Of a stretch of DNA of 64,000 bases, positions 9,146 to 19,867 are shown piece by piece (positions within the stretch are counted from its first letter, which is position 1; each line of letters starts with the position of its first letter). Source of the stretch: Escherichia phage ECP_WGS_SA1. Made by a program: the position numbers and the translations under genes. The notes beneath the pieces were generated by a model. That model was given only the letters and a program-made list of their open reading frames with translations. It was not told where the DNA came from and searched no databases. Where the stretch lies: sequence record PQ604604; one strand, written 5' to 3'.

Positions 9146-10558
9146 ATGCAAACGGCACGCGAAATTGACAAAAATGGATTCTTGACGATTGTGGGTTGTC
9201 CCATTTCGTCATTTGGCATTTTTGATTATTCTGCAGGTCAGGTTGGACTTGATGGTGATCCGAATCGCATCGTAAAAGTTTATCGCCCAGAGTCAGCGGT
9301 GAAAGACCCCGAAGCGATAGATTCATTCAAAAATATCCCTTTCATCGACAATCACGAAATGCTTTCTGGATTCGAAGGTGATGAGGATAACACAGCACCC
9401 GAAGAGTATGGCGTTGATGGCGTTCTAACTGGCAATGTTTATTATGACAAGCCATGGATGCGCGGCGACCTTAAAGTTTTTAGCCGTCGTCTGAAGAAGG
9501 CCATCGATTCTGGAAAGGTTGACTTGTCTTTGGGCTATGACTGTGAATTCATCATACAGTCTGGAGAGTTTGACGGGCAGCCGTATGAAGTGGTACAGAC
9601 AACTCTTCGCGGCAACCACATTGCTCTCGTGGACGTTGGTCGAGTACCAGGTGCACGGGTGCTGGATGGTCGTTGCTTTGACCATCTTTGTTTGACGACT
9701 GTAACACCATCCAACGAGGATTTAGACATGCCAAAACCGTTAAAAGGTAAAGCGCGTGATAATGCTGTTGAACAGCTGAAATCACTGATCCCTGCGCTCG
9801 AACAATTTCTGAATGAAGAGAGCACCGAAGCTGCTCATCAGGACGAAGTTGAAGTGAAAGCAGAAGAGAAGGATTCAACCGAAGAACGTGAAGAAGTGAT
9901 GGTTGATCCAGAAGTTAAAGCAGAAGCGGAAGAAACTCCAGAAGGTGAAGAGAAGTTTGAAGTTGAAACTGAATCTCACGCTGGCGGCGAGCTTCCGCAA
10001 CTGATCAGCCAAATCGAAGCACTTATTGCAAAACTGAAAGGTGGCGCGGTAGGTGATGAAGAAGAAGTTGAAGCCGAAGTCAAAGACGAAGAAGTTGAAG
10101 TCAAGGCTGAAGACGTATCACCTTGCGACAAAGCTGAAGATGTGGTTAGCGGCCTGCAAAACAGCAACGTAAAGGGGGCTTCGGTCGAAAAAGATGACAA
10201 ACCGACAAAAGCGGCGAAAGCGTCGCCAGGTCCAGCAAAAGGGGAACACTCAATGGCATCTGATTCAGCAGTTGCTGCTTTCTACGCTGATTCTGCTCGT
10301 AAGAATAGCCTCTACCAGCGCCTGTCTAAAGTTGTTGGTGCCTTTGATCATGCAACTATGGACTCCAAGTCCGTAGCGAAATATGGCGCTAAAAAGTTAG
10401 GCTTGAAGTGCGTTGATGGTGCTGAGTTTGACGTTGTGGATAACTATCTGCGCGGCGTTGAACACGGTCAAAAACAGCGTGTAGTCGCAAAACAAAAGGC
10501 CGCTGCGGATTCTGCAGCAACTGACGAAGCATTTGAAGCTTGGTTGAAAGGGGAATAA
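9146..10558 (+). CDS. Prohead protease / scaffolding-like protein
   Basis: Position between portal/head genes and capsid; glutamate-rich acidic middle region typical of scaffolds; GAGGG RBS. Confidence 0.55.
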   Translation: MQTAREIDKNGFLTIVGCPISSFGIFDYSAGQVGLDGDPNRIVKVYRPESAVKDPEAIDSFKNIPFIDNHEMLSGFEGDEDNTAPEEYGVDGVLTGNVYYDKPWMRGDLKVFSRRLKKAIDSGKVDLSLGYDCEFIIQSGEFDGQPYEVVQTTLRGNHIALVDVGRVPGARVLDGRCFDHLCLTTVTPSNEDLDMPKPLKGKARDNAVEQLKSLIPALEQFLNEESTEAAHQDEVEVKAEEKDSTEEREEVMVDPEVKAEAEETPEGEEKFEVETESHAGGELPQLISQIEALIAKLKGGAVGDEEEVEAEVKDEEVEVKAEDVSPCDKAEDVVSGLQNSNVKGASVEKDDKPTKAAKASPGPAKGEHSMASDSAVAAFYADSARKNSLYQRLSKVVGAFDHATMDSKSVAKYGAKKLGLKCVDGAEFDVVDNYLRGVEHGQKQRVVAKQKAAADSAATDEAFEAWLKGE

Positions 10559-10560
10559 AC

Positions 10561-11178
10561 ATGACTTTCCAAACTAGTGTAGGCCGTCAATATACAACTG
10601 GCTTTCCTGGCGACATCGTTCGCGACGGCCCACAGCGTGGGAAGCCAGGCCGAATTGCCAACGCTAACGAAGGCGCAAACGTAAACGCCATCAGCCGTGT
10701 GTTCGGTTTTAAGACTGACGTATCCTTAATGGGTACTGGTCAAACCAAAACTTTGGGCGCGCAGGACTTTGAAGTTGAGCTGGGCGGCACTAACTACTAC
10801 GGCATCCTCGGCAATAGCAAGCGTTACGCGCTGTATGGCAACTCTACTGGTCCTTTGGGTGCCAGCATGGTTCTGCCTCAATATAGCGAAGGCGAGTTCT
10901 ATGATATGTGCACGGGCCTCGTAGTTGAAGTATTCAACCCAAGCACCAGTCCGCAGACGCTTAACTATGGCGACCTGCTTGCTTATGTACCTAAAGGCAT
11001 TTCCAGCGGTAACAACCCGAACAACTTGCCTATTGGTGCAATTATCGCCTATACTGGCTCATTGCCAACTGGCATGGTTGCCATCCCAGGCGGTATTGTG
11101 ATTGACCCGACGACTATTGCCCTTTCCGGCCCAAGCGTCCAGTCTTCCACTTATACCATTGTACAATTGACTCGTTAA
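10561..11178 (+). CDS. Head structural protein (decoration or minor capsid)
   Basis: Optimised codon usage, position before capsid gene. Confidence 0.5.
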   Translation: MTFQTSVGRQYTTGFPGDIVRDGPQRGKPGRIANANEGANVNAISRVFGFKTDVSLMGTGQTKTLGAQDFEVELGGTNYYGILGNSKRYALYGNSTGPLGASMVLPQYSEGEFYDMCTGLVVEVFNPSTSPQTLNYGDLLAYVPKGISSGNNPNNLPIGAIIAYTGSLPTGMVAIPGGIVIDPTTIALSGPSVQSSTYTIVQLTR

Positions 11179-11192
11179 TAGGCAGGTGAATA

Positions 11193-12332
11193 ATGACTCG
11201 CATTAGCCAAACACACTCTCGCCTCCCAGCGAGCAAGGTGCGCCCTTTTGATATGCAATCCGTGACCGACGCGGCTGTTTCCCAGCTTGCGCGTATCGGT
11301 ATTGTGTTTGATTCCGCGATTGTGCGTGATCAGATTGAGCACTTAAACCGTGCAGGCGCTTTCCGCGTAGGTGACGCCGCATTTACTGCGCCGCAAACCA
11401 CGCCATCAATCCCGACCCCGCTGCAGTTCCTGCAACAGTGGCTGCCTGGCTTCGTCAAAATCATGACCGCTGCCCGTAAAATTGACGAGCTGGTTGGTAT
11501 TGACACCGTTGGTCAGTGGGAAGATGCAGAAATCGTTCAGGGCATCGTTGAACCAGCTGGCACCGCAGTTGAATATGGTGATTTCACCTCTATTCCTCTG
11601 GCAAGCTGGAACGTGAACTTTGAACGCCGTTCCATCGTTCGCGGTGAAATGGGCATGGCAGTCGGCATGCTGGAAGAAGGCCGCGCGTCTGCGATGCGTC
11701 TGAACTCTGCAGAGACCAAGCGCCAGCAGGCTGCTGTATCTCTGGAAATCATGCGTAACGCAATCGGCTTCTATGGTTGGTATAACGGGAACAACCGCAC
11801 GTTCGGCTTCCTGAATGATCCAAACCTGCCAGCGGCAATGACTTCAAACACCACTTCCGGCTGGGCTACTGCGACCTTCCAACAGGTGACTGCAGACATC
11901 CGTTTGATGGTTCGTCAAATCCGTGTCAACTCTCAGGACCAGATTGATCCAGAGAAGGTTGATATGACTCTGGCGCTGCCGACCAACTCTATTGATTGGC
12001 TGTCAAACACCACCGACTTCGGTATTTCTGTACGTGACTGGATCACCCAGACTTATCCGAAGATGAAGATCAAATCTGCACCGGAACTCAACGGCGCACT
12101 TGGCAGTGACCCGACTTTCCTGAACGTGGCATATCTGTACGCTGATCACATCGATTCCTCAATTGATGGCTCAAGCGATGATGGTTCCGTATTCAGTCAG
12201 CTGGTCCAGACTAAGTTTATGACTCTGGGCGTTGAGAAACGCGCTAAGAGCTACGTTGAAGACTACGCAAACGCAACAGCAGGCGTTCTGCTCAAGCGTC
12301 CTTTCGCAGTCGTCCGTATGACTGGTATCTAA
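11193..12332 (+). CDS. Major capsid protein
   Basis: 379 aa, strongly optimised codons, position after scaffold; followed by stable stem-loop. Confidence 0.65.
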   Translation: MTRISQTHSRLPASKVRPFDMQSVTDAAVSQLARIGIVFDSAIVRDQIEHLNRAGAFRVGDAAFTAPQTTPSIPTPLQFLQQWLPGFVKIMTAARKIDELVGIDTVGQWEDAEIVQGIVEPAGTAVEYGDFTSIPLASWNVNFERRSIVRGEMGMAVGMLEEGRASAMRLNSAETKRQQAAVSLEIMRNAIGFYGWYNGNNRTFGFLNDPNLPAAMTSNTTSGWATATFQQVTADIRLMVRQIRVNSQDQIDPEKVDMTLALPTNSIDWLSNTTDFGISVRDWITQTYPKMKIKSAPELNGALGSDPTFLNVAYLYADHIDSSIDGSSDDGSVFSQLVQTKFMTLGVEKRAKSYVEDYANATAGVLLKRPFAVVRMTGI

Positions 12333-12357
12333 TTGCTGTGATTACACAGTAAAACAC

Positions 12358-12386
12358 ATGGGGCGTGGTCGAAAGGCTTCGCCCCA
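12358..12386 (+). other. Stable stem-loop after capsid gene
   Basis: TGGGGCG...CGCCCCA with 14-nt loop; no clear T-run. Confidence 0.35.
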
Positions 12387-12447
12387 TATCAATAGACCTC
12401 AAGGGCTGTAGGGGCTTATCTGAGGCTTATATAAATAGGACTACAAA

Positions 12448-12912
12448 ATGCCAAAATACATCGTTTCAACTATGTCTATGTCAGTCAACTACACTTTCTA
12501 TACGGAAGTGAAAGAAAACCCGAATGCAAAAGCTGGTTCAGGCGCTCTTCCAAATATTCGCAAACAGATTCTGATCAAGGGCGGTGCTGGTCTTACTTCG
12601 GCAACTTCCGGCTTTGGTGAAATGGCAAAAGGCGCTGATGGTGCACCTTTGTGGACTCCTGAAGGAATCGTCACCGTTGTAAGCGATGCTGATTTTGAAC
12701 ATTTAAAAGATCATCACGTATTCAAGCAGCACCTTGAAAAAGGTCTGGTTAAAGTGGTTAACCACGACATCGTTGGCAATCATAAAGCTGTCGCTAAAGA
12801 AGTGCGCGGCATGTCAGATGACCCGTTCGCACCTATGACGCGTGAGACGGCTGACAAGCGCATCAAGGTTAAATTGAGCGGCGAACAAGAAGATGATTTG
12901 TTCCGCGTTTAA
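12448..12912 (+). CDS. Virion structural protein
   Basis: ORF in head-tail joining region. Confidence 0.45.
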   Translation: MPKYIVSTMSMSVNYTFYTEVKENPNAKAGSGALPNIRKQILIKGGAGLTSATSGFGEMAKGADGAPLWTPEGIVTVVSDADFEHLKDHHVFKQHLEKGLVKVVNHDIVGNHKAVAKEVRGMSDDPFAPMTRETADKRIKVKLSGEQEDDLFRV

Positions 12913-12917
12913 ATAAG

Positions 12918-13382
12918 GTGAATGCCATGTCATTAGATTACGAAAAGTTCAGAATAAAATTTCCACAGTTTGCTGATCAGGTAAAATTCCCTGACACAAC
13001 GCTTCAAGTATTCTATGACATGGCATGTGAATTTATTGAATCACAAGACAGTCCTTGTCGTGTTTTAAATGGCAGTAAATTGGAGCTGGCATTGGAATAT
13101 ATGACGGCTCATCTTTTATGCATAGCCACAGACCAACAGGTGTCTGTGTCTTCTGGTGACGGAGTTGAACAAGGCGGCTTCGTGACTGGTGCAACAATCG
13201 GTGACATCACCGTGAATAAGGTAGCGCCGCCTGCAAGTGATGGTTGGGAATACTGGCTTTCAAGCACTCCTTATGGCATGGCGCTTTGGGCGCTTCTGCA
13301 AGCACTGGCTGTCGGCGGCTTGTCGTTTGGCGGTCTTCCAGAGCGCGAAGGATTTCGTAAAATTGGTGGGGTATTCTGGTGA
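12918..13382 (+). CDS. Head-tail adaptor candidate
   Basis: Position and size. Confidence 0.4.
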   Translation: MNAMSLDYEKFRIKFPQFADQVKFPDTTLQVFYDMACEFIESQDSPCRVLNGSKLELALEYMTAHLLCIATDQQVSVSSGDGVEQGGFVTGATIGDITVNKVAPPASDGWEYWLSSTPYGMALWALLQALAVGGLSFGGLPEREGFRKIGGVFW

Positions 13383-13738
13383 GGATTCCTGGCGTAAACT
13401 TATATCGAGTTGCGACAAAGGTCATCGGTCGCCAACCGATTCAATATTACATGTACAAGGGGCGCACTCTTGATAAAATGCGCAACTACGTTACCACTTA
13501 TGAAGAACCAATCACGCTACTTGCTTCGGTGCAGGCTGTTCTTCGAAATCAATACGTCGAGCTTGGATTGGAGCTTCAAAAGAACTATGTCAAAATCTGG
13601 GTAGACAAAGACATTGTTGACCTTGACCGCGACGCTTCCGGCGACTATTTGTGTTTGGTGGGAAAACGTATAAAATGGAAGATGAAACGACATGGTTTGA
13701 CCAAGATGGTTGGACGACTTGCCTTGCCGTGGAAATAA
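13379..13738 (+). CDS. Head-tail joining candidate
   Basis: Overlapping start/stop with upstream gene. Confidence 0.4.
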   Translation: MRIPGVNLYRVATKVIGRQPIQYYMYKGRTLDKMRNYVTTYEEPITLLASVQAVLRNQYVELGLELQKNYVKIWVDKDIVDLDRDASGDYLCLVGKRIKWKMKRHGLTKMVGRLALPWK

Positions 13739-13956
13739 AACAAAGCTTTCCAGTGTCTACTTGAGGTGTATATGACAGATGTCGACCTGATTGNACATGC
13801 TGGCAACGCGAATTGAAGAAGGTCTGGCGGCGTATAGTCGTGCAGACCTTTCTGCTGTTCCGGTCCAGAAAAAGTATCAACCGACTCAACAGGGTATTCC
13901 GACTGGTGACCAAATTTGGTTTAACCTTTTATTCTCAGTTCCGTTTTGGATGGTCC

Positions 13957-14349
13957 ATGAGGAAAAGTGAATTTGTCAATGATGAGTCTCAATTTGTAAA
14001 CGGAAAATTCAAAGATATTGAAGATCAAATATACGCTACACGTTTTCAAATCAGCGGCTTATTTCCAGAAGTTCCTGGCAATCCAGAAAAGCCTACTGCT
14101 AATGACGTATTGACTTATTTGGCAAGATTCATAACTCATAAAGCGAATTTGAGGGATTGGTTCAAAAAGCATCAGGCATCAGTATATCGAATCGACATGA
14201 ATAATAATGAAAAGTTTTATGATGACATGTCGCAATTTGAATCATTCCCTTCTTTTGATTTGGTAATACTTCACAGAAACGCAATTTCAATTGATACTCC
14301 TGCTGTTGCAAGAGCTGTTAATAATGATTTGGGTGATATTCCGGTGTAA
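13957..14349 (+). CDS. Hypothetical structural protein
   Basis: ORF; upstream region has an N ambiguity at 13794 so true start uncertain. Confidence 0.35.
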   Translation: MRKSEFVNDESQFVNGKFKDIEDQIYATRFQISGLFPEVPGNPEKPTANDVLTYLARFITHKANLRDWFKKHQASVYRIDMNNNEKFYDDMSQFESFPSFDLVILHRNAISIDTPAVARAVNNDLGDIPV

Positions 14350-14556
14350 TATGACAAAATCAAAAATGATAGAAAAACAGATTAAGGCGCTTCAGTCTAT
14401 GAAGGGTCTTACTGTTGAGGCAGGATGGTTTGATTCTACCAGATACCCTTCAGAAACTGGTGGAGAAGGAAATACTGGTGTCAGAAGTCGCGCGGCTTAA
14501 CGAGTTTGGTCACATAGCCGTTTTGAANCTTTGGACAAGGACCAGTCAGGGTAGAA

Positions 14557-14799
14557 GTGCCACCCAGACCATTCATGAGATATGCCTATGAATTATTCGT
14601 TAGTGAGCGCAGTGAAATAGAGAATAAAATTGCTAAAAAGATTTTTTCCGGTAAAATAGACGCTAGACAGGCATTGGGTCAAATTGGGCTTGCGATGGAA
14701 GCAAAGATTGTCGAATCAATTAAAAACGGACCGTGGCAACCAAATGCCAGATATACTGTACGTGTGAAGGGGATTCGACAAGCCTTTGATTCACACTAG
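14557..14799 (+). CDS. Hypothetical protein
   Basis: ORF before the sheath-sized gene. Confidence 0.35.
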   Translation: MPPRPFMRYAYELFVSERSEIENKIAKKIFSGKIDARQALGQIGLAMEAKIVESIKNGPWQPNARYTVRVKGIRQAFDSH

Positions 14800-14851
14800 C
14801 CTCATGTGGCAATCTGTCAGCAGCCAAGTCATTAAATAAGAGGACACCGAC

Positions 14852-16390
14852 GTGATCAGTCAATCTCGTTATATTAAAATTGTATCAGGGGTCGGAGCAG
14901 GCGCGGCTGTTGCAGTTCGCAAACTGTCGCTTCGCGTCATGACTTCTAATACAGTTCTGCCGCCGGGCATTGTAGCAGAATTTTCAACGGCTGATGCTGT
15001 TGGATCATATTTCGGTTATTCTTCCGAAGAATATAAGCGCGCAGCATTATATTTTGGATTCATCAGCAAGCAAATTAACTCGCCTGATTCAATCAGCTTC
15101 TCGCGTATTGTTTCAACTGCGATTCCAGCAATGGTCATCGGTGATGCTGAGCCTAAAGTGCTTGCTACGTTTCAAGCATTCACTGGCGCTATTTTAAGCA
15201 TCACTTATGATGGCACAGACTACCTGACTGACGCAATTAACCTTTCAGCGGCAACAAGTCTGGCGAATGTGGCTGAACTTCTGGAAACGGCAATCAATAC
15301 TAAATTTGCAGCAGAAGGGGGCACGTCGGTGCCTGCACTTGCTGATGCAGAAGTGTATTGGAACGCTAATACTCAGCAGTTCACGCTGGAAGCAGCGCCG
15401 TCGACCGCTGGCGCAGGCAATCTGTCTATCAACGTCACAGGCCAACCGACCGACCCGTCTCAAGCATTAGGTTGGACCACCACTGGCACCGTAACCGTTG
15501 CAGGCCAGGGCGTTTCAAGTCCGGTAGAAGCCATCGCGGCATCTGTGGAAATCTCCAACAACTTTGGCTCATTCCTTTTTGCTGGGGCTGACCGAACTCT
15601 GGAAGAAATTACCGCTGTGGCAGCGTGGACTCATTCGCAGAATAATATGTACATGTATTTATTCTCGACTTCGTTCGCTAATATCGGGTCATACTACACC
15701 TCTCTGAAAGGGTACTCAGGCGTTGGCATGATGATTCGCGCAACTAACCTTGCAAACGATTACATCGACCAAGCACCTGCTGAAATCCTCGCGGCGACAA
15801 ACTATAATACTGTGAATGCGACTCAAAACTACATGTATTATCAGTTTGATACTCGCAACGTGACTGTTTCAACTGACTCTCGTGCAGACACTGCTGATCA
15901 AAACCGTGCTAACTACATCGGTGCAACTCAGCAGGCCGGACAAACCTTGGCATTCTTCCAGCGCGGCGTATTGATGGGCGGGTCTACCGCAGCAGTTGAC
16001 ATGAATACTTATGCCAACGAGATGTGGCTTAAATCTGCTATCACTTCTCAGCTGTTCAGCATGTTCTTGAATCTTGGTCGCGTGCCTGCAAACGAAGAAG
16101 GTAAAGCGACTGTACAAGCCATGATTCAAGTTGCTGTTGACAATGCGAAGGTTAACGGCACCATCTCTGTTGGCAAGGCGCTGACTGAGATTCAGAAACA
16201 ATACATCACGCAAACTTCCGGTGACAACACTGCTTGGCGGCAGGTTGAAACTATCGGTTACTGGCTGACTGTAGATTTTGATACTGAAACCACTTCCGAT
16301 GGGCGCACCGAATACTATGCAACATACACGCTAATCTACTCTAAAGATGATGCTGTGCGTCGCGTTGAAGGTCGTGACGTCCTTATCTAA
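14852..16390 (+). CDS. Major tail protein (sheath-sized, 512 aa)
   Basis: Size and position upstream of tube-like proteins and tape measure. Confidence 0.55.
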   Translation: MISQSRYIKIVSGVGAGAAVAVRKLSLRVMTSNTVLPPGIVAEFSTADAVGSYFGYSSEEYKRAALYFGFISKQINSPDSISFSRIVSTAIPAMVIGDAEPKVLATFQAFTGAILSITYDGTDYLTDAINLSAATSLANVAELLETAINTKFAAEGGTSVPALADAEVYWNANTQQFTLEAAPSTAGAGNLSINVTGQPTDPSQALGWTTTGTVTVAGQGVSSPVEAIAASVEISNNFGSFLFAGADRTLEEITAVAAWTHSQNNMYMYLFSTSFANIGSYYTSLKGYSGVGMMIRATNLANDYIDQAPAEILAATNYNTVNATQNYMYYQFDTRNVTVSTDSRADTADQNRANYIGATQQAGQTLAFFQRGVLMGGSTAAVDMNTYANEMWLKSAITSQLFSMFLNLGRVPANEEGKATVQAMIQVAVDNAKVNGTISVGKALTEIQKQYITQTSGDNTAWRQVETIGYWLTVDFDTETTSDGRTEYYATYTLIYSKDDAVRRVEGRDVLI

Positions 16391-16437
16391 ATAATTGCCG
16401 CCGTAACTGGCGGCCATCTCTCTGAGAGGAATCTGTA

Positions 16438-16905
16438 ATGATTAACGTTTCCGGTTTTGGCGCTTCGATTCGTTTAGTGGCATCAAACACTTTTCCAAAT
16501 GGTGTAACTCTTTCTGATTTCGCAGATGATGCTGATCCGATTGACGCGCCTGATCTTCAAATCTCTGAAGCGGCAATGGGATTGAACGGTGACTTGGTAG
16601 TCTGGAACCGTGCCAACCCTCTTGAAGTAGGCGTCAACATCATCCCTACTTCTGAAAGCGATGTAAACTTAGATGTTCTGGCAGCGGCTAACCGTGTAGG
16701 CAAGCGCAAGAACTCTGCGAAAGACGTGATCACCCTTATTCTGACCTACCCTTCTGGCATGGTCATCACACTGAACAAGGGAACTTTGACGACTGGTTCA
16801 GTGATTCCTGGCATCCAGTCTCAGGGTCGTGTAAAAACACGTCAATATCGCTTTAAGTTTGAGAACGTAGTCAAAACTGGCGTGAGCAACCAAGAGATTT
16901 TATAA
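16438..16905 (+). CDS. Tail tube-like protein (paralog 1)
   Basis: 155 aa; N-terminus MINVSGFGASIRLVA paralogous to 17856..18353. Confidence 0.5.
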   Translation: MINVSGFGASIRLVASNTFPNGVTLSDFADDADPIDAPDLQISEAAMGLNGDLVVWNRANPLEVGVNIIPTSESDVNLDVLAAANRVGKRKNSAKDVITLILTYPSGMVITLNKGTLTTGSVIPGIQSQGRVKTRQYRFKFENVVKTGVSNQEIL

Positions 16906-17234
16906 TGTATCAAATACCACTTGACAGCGTACCTAACCAGAATATCAGCTTTAACGTTGACGGTGCTTATTGGCAGCTGCACATATTCGCCGCAATTGAG
17001 CACATGTGCGCAGATGTTTACCGCAATGGCGAATTGTTGATTCAGGGGGTACGTTGTTTTGGTGGTATACCAATGGTGCCTTATAAATATCTCATGATTG
17101 GGTACGGCAACTTTATTTTTGACAGCGTACCCGATTATGAGCATTTTAACTCTGGCGGCTGTAATTTATATTACATGTCAGAATCTGAGTTGGCTGAATT
17201 CCAGAAAACTGCTGAAGCGGAGTTTGCAATTTGA
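16905..17234 (+). CDS. Hypothetical tail-module protein
   Basis: Coupled ORF. Confidence 0.45.
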   Translation: MYQIPLDSVPNQNISFNVDGAYWQLHIFAAIEHMCADVYRNGELLIQGVRCFGGIPMVPYKYLMIGYGNFIFDSVPDYEHFNSGGCNLYYMSESELAEFQKTAEAEFAI

Positions 17235-17587
17235 CAACTCTAACGATTGAAGTTAATGATAACAATGACCTGTTTCTGCCTGATGGAAGAAATTTGAATA
17301 TTCTGTCAGGAGAAAAGGCCATGGTACAAGTTATCAAGGCGGCGCATCAAATGCGACTTGGTGAAGACTTGTACGATGTTGAAAACGGAGTCGATTATTT
17401 AGGCACTGTTTTCAAATCGCCCGTTGATGAAGACGGTGCGAGAAAGTCGATTGCAGATGCTATTCTGAAGAAAGCAGACGTTGCCGGAATCGACTCATTG
17501 ACTGTCACCATCCAAAACGGTATTCTTGGATTCACCGCTGAAGTGGTGACTATTTATGGCGAACGTATAAAGGTGAGTAATCAATAA
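17231..17587 (+). CDS. Hypothetical tail-module protein
   Basis: Coupled ORF. Confidence 0.45.
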   Translation: MTTLTIEVNDNNDLFLPDGRNLNILSGEKAMVQVIKAAHQMRLGEDLYDVENGVDYLGTVFKSPVDEDGARKSIADAILKKADVAGIDSLTVTIQNGILGFTAEVVTIYGERIKVSNQ

Positions 17588-17853
17588 TGGCACAAGTAAT
17601 TCATTTTGCTAATGGCGTCATGAAATTTGGCGAAAAATTTGAAGACGCATCGGAATTATTCAAAAAGACTTCAAACCCTGTTGCGGAGAAGAAAGAACAG
17701 GTTGAAGAGAAGGCAGTAGAATCGAAAGTTGATTTTGATTCAATGAGCGTCTCTGAATTGAAGGCTTATGCAAAGGAACATGAGATTGACATCAAAGGTC
17801 TTTCTTATAAGGATGAGATTCTTGCGGCAGTTAAATCTGCATCTGCGGAGTAA
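17587..17853 (+). CDS. Small acidic tail-module protein
   Basis: Coupled ORF, 88 aa. Confidence 0.45.
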   Translation: MAQVIHFANGVMKFGEKFEDASELFKKTSNPVAEKKEQVEEKAVESKVDFDSMSVSELKAYAKEHEIDIKGLSYKDEILAAVKSASAE

Positions 17854-17855
17854 AC

Positions 17856-18353
17856 ATGGTCAATATTAGTGGATTTGGCACAAGCATTAGAATTGTCGCT
17901 CTCCAATCTTTCCCTGTTGGGCTGAATATCAGTTCTTTGTCTGATGACCAGGATTCGCTAATTATTGAGGAAGTTGAATCAGTAGGCTATCAACTTACTT
18001 ATGACGGCGGCATTTGTATTTATGATAAGGCCGCCGTCGTTCGCGTATCCATTGCAGTGATCCCAAACACTGAAGACGACATAAACCTAAAGCTTTTGCT
18101 TTCCGCTCGTAAAGGCGGATTCAAGTGGCTTCCTATACAGGATGTCACGTCAATGCTTATTACATATCCTGATGGCGGCAGAGTAGCATTTTCGAACGGG
18201 ACCATAATCAGCGGTCCGCTTGGCGACTCCATTGAGCAATCCGGTCGCCGTAAGACAAACAGATACACATTCGTGTTTGCCAGCTACGGCGGCGCACAGA
18301 GCACATCGCAAATTGCAAAAGGCGTGGTGCAGAGCATATTGGGGTCAATTTGA
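17856..18353 (+). CDS. Tail tube-like protein (paralog 2)
   Basis: MVNISGFGTSIRIVA N-terminus; paralog of 16438..16905. Confidence 0.5.
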   Translation: MVNISGFGTSIRIVALQSFPVGLNISSLSDDQDSLIIEEVESVGYQLTYDGGICIYDKAAVVRVSIAVIPNTEDDINLKLLLSARKGGFKWLPIQDVTSMLITYPDGGRVAFSNGTIISGPLGDSIEQSGRRKTNRYTFVFASYGGAQSTSQIAKGVVQSILGSI

Positions 18354-18886
18354 TGGCTATCGATTTATTGTCATATAGTCTTTCCAACAGAAGCTTCACA
18401 ATAAGAAGCTTTAACCTTGGGGAAGTGTCAACGCTTGGTTGGGCGATTGTTAACGTTAAAATAAGACTCCAAGCAAAGATATTCAAGAACCAAAGGGAAG
18501 ATGGAAGCTATATTGTCGATGGCAGAGTCAAAATGCCTAGAATATTGACTGTGACTGTAATAGCGCAGACAAAAAGCGCGTCCGACGCAATCGCAAAGAT
18601 GTTGCAGAACAGGTCCACGATATACACAATAAATTCTCGTGGGCTAATATTTGAACGTATGGTGCTGCAAAATAACAATTTCAGCCAAGATGCTGACAAT
18701 ATAACTTCACAACCCATACAACTGGTCTTCCATGAGATATTAACACAGCAGGATGTGTCTATTCAAACAGCGCAAGCAGCCGACTCCACTGTCATTGAGC
18801 GCGGCATCGCTTATATAAAAGAGACTACTGCCAGCGTCACTGGCGTTGCAACAAAGGTGATGAATGGCATCAAGGGGATGTTCTGA
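18350..18886 (+). CDS. Hypothetical tail protein
   Basis: Coupled ORF. Confidence 0.45.
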   Translation: MMAIDLLSYSLSNRSFTIRSFNLGEVSTLGWAIVNVKIRLQAKIFKNQREDGSYIVDGRVKMPRILTVTVIAQTKSASDAIAKMLQNRSTIYTINSRGLIFERMVLQNNNFSQDADNITSQPIQLVFHEILTQQDVSIQTAQAADSTVIERGIAYIKETTASVTGVATKVMNGIKGMF

Positions 18887-19446
18887 TGGACTTTGTTTCG
18901 ATTCTGCTTTCTGGTCAATCTCTGACCATAACGAATGAGTCGACAGGGCTTCCTGTCTGGACAAGGCTTTCTCCAGTGTCTGCAGAAATAACATCACCAG
19001 CAGAAACTACTCAATTTCCCCTTGCTGGAACGGCGATGCAGGTGGTGGAAGTATCAAGCACATCCTCAGTAAGCAATTTACAGGCGGCAAAAGTAATAAT
19101 GCCAGCGCACATGGCGCTAAACGTAATTTGCAACGACCAATCGACTATTGAAAACATAATTAATACATTCGACAATGATGAAGTCACATTTTCGATAACT
19201 TCTCGAAGCATAATTGCAAGCAAAATGTCGATGTCTGATGTCGAAATAACTCAGTCAGAAGAAAACCTGAATGGAGTCTCAATTGTAATAACATTTGAAC
19301 AGACGTCATTTAGTATTCAAGGAAGCTTTGACCCTAAACAGTCCGCAGATGAATCGTCAAATGGCGTGGCTATTAAAGAGCCAGTCAGTTTGACTACAAC
19401 TGTGAGTTCGTTATATAATAAAATAAAATCAACAGTAGGAATATAA
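18886..19446 (+). CDS. Hypothetical tail protein
   Basis: Coupled ORF. Confidence 0.45.
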   Translation: MDFVSILLSGQSLTITNESTGLPVWTRLSPVSAEITSPAETTQFPLAGTAMQVVEVSSTSSVSNLQAAKVIMPAHMALNVICNDQSTIENIINTFDNDEVTFSITSRSIIASKMSMSDVEITQSEENLNGVSIVITFEQTSFSIQGSFDPKQSADESSNGVAIKEPVSLTTTVSSLYNKIKSTVGI

Positions 19447-19447
19447 A

Positions 19448-19864
19448 ATGAAGATCACCAATAAACAAACTGGTCGCAAAGTAGAAATTAAAATCAGCAA
19501 AATGACTGCGATGGAAGGTTGGAACATACAGCGCCGATTCATCGAATTTGCGATGTCAAAAGACCCTGCCTTTCGTTCAGAATACACAATGGAAGTATTA
19601 AGCTTTGCGAAGGTTGAACTTGATGTCGGGCAAGAAATTCCTCTGAGCACTGGCGCACTTATTGACAACCATCTTGGCGACTGGGAAAACTTGAAATTGG
19701 TTTTCGAAGCAGTATTGATGGAAAACGGAATCAACCCAGAGACTCACGCTGAACGTGAAGGATACTGGGAGCAAGCTGGCGGCGAAATGGCTGCAGCATT
19801 TATTGGCGAATCGATGCGATTAATCGCGCCATTCCTCAGCGGCGAGACTCCAAACAAGGGGTAA
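19448..19864 (+). CDS. Tail assembly chaperone-like protein
   Basis: Position immediately upstream of tape measure. Confidence 0.45.
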   Translation: MKITNKQTGRKVEIKISKMTAMEGWNIQRRFIEFAMSKDPAFRSEYTMEVLSFAKVELDVGQEIPLSTGALIDNHLGDWENLKLVFEAVLMENGINPETHAEREGYWEQAGGEMAAAFIGESMRLIAPFLSGETPNKG

Positions 19865-19867
19865 ACT

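Noticed and set aside
9425-10200. Minus-strand ORFs inside the protease/scaffold gene (and similar antisense ORFs inside terL, portal, tape measure and DnaE)
   Set aside because: Nested in longer genes with recognisable products and lacking RBSs; treated as frame noise
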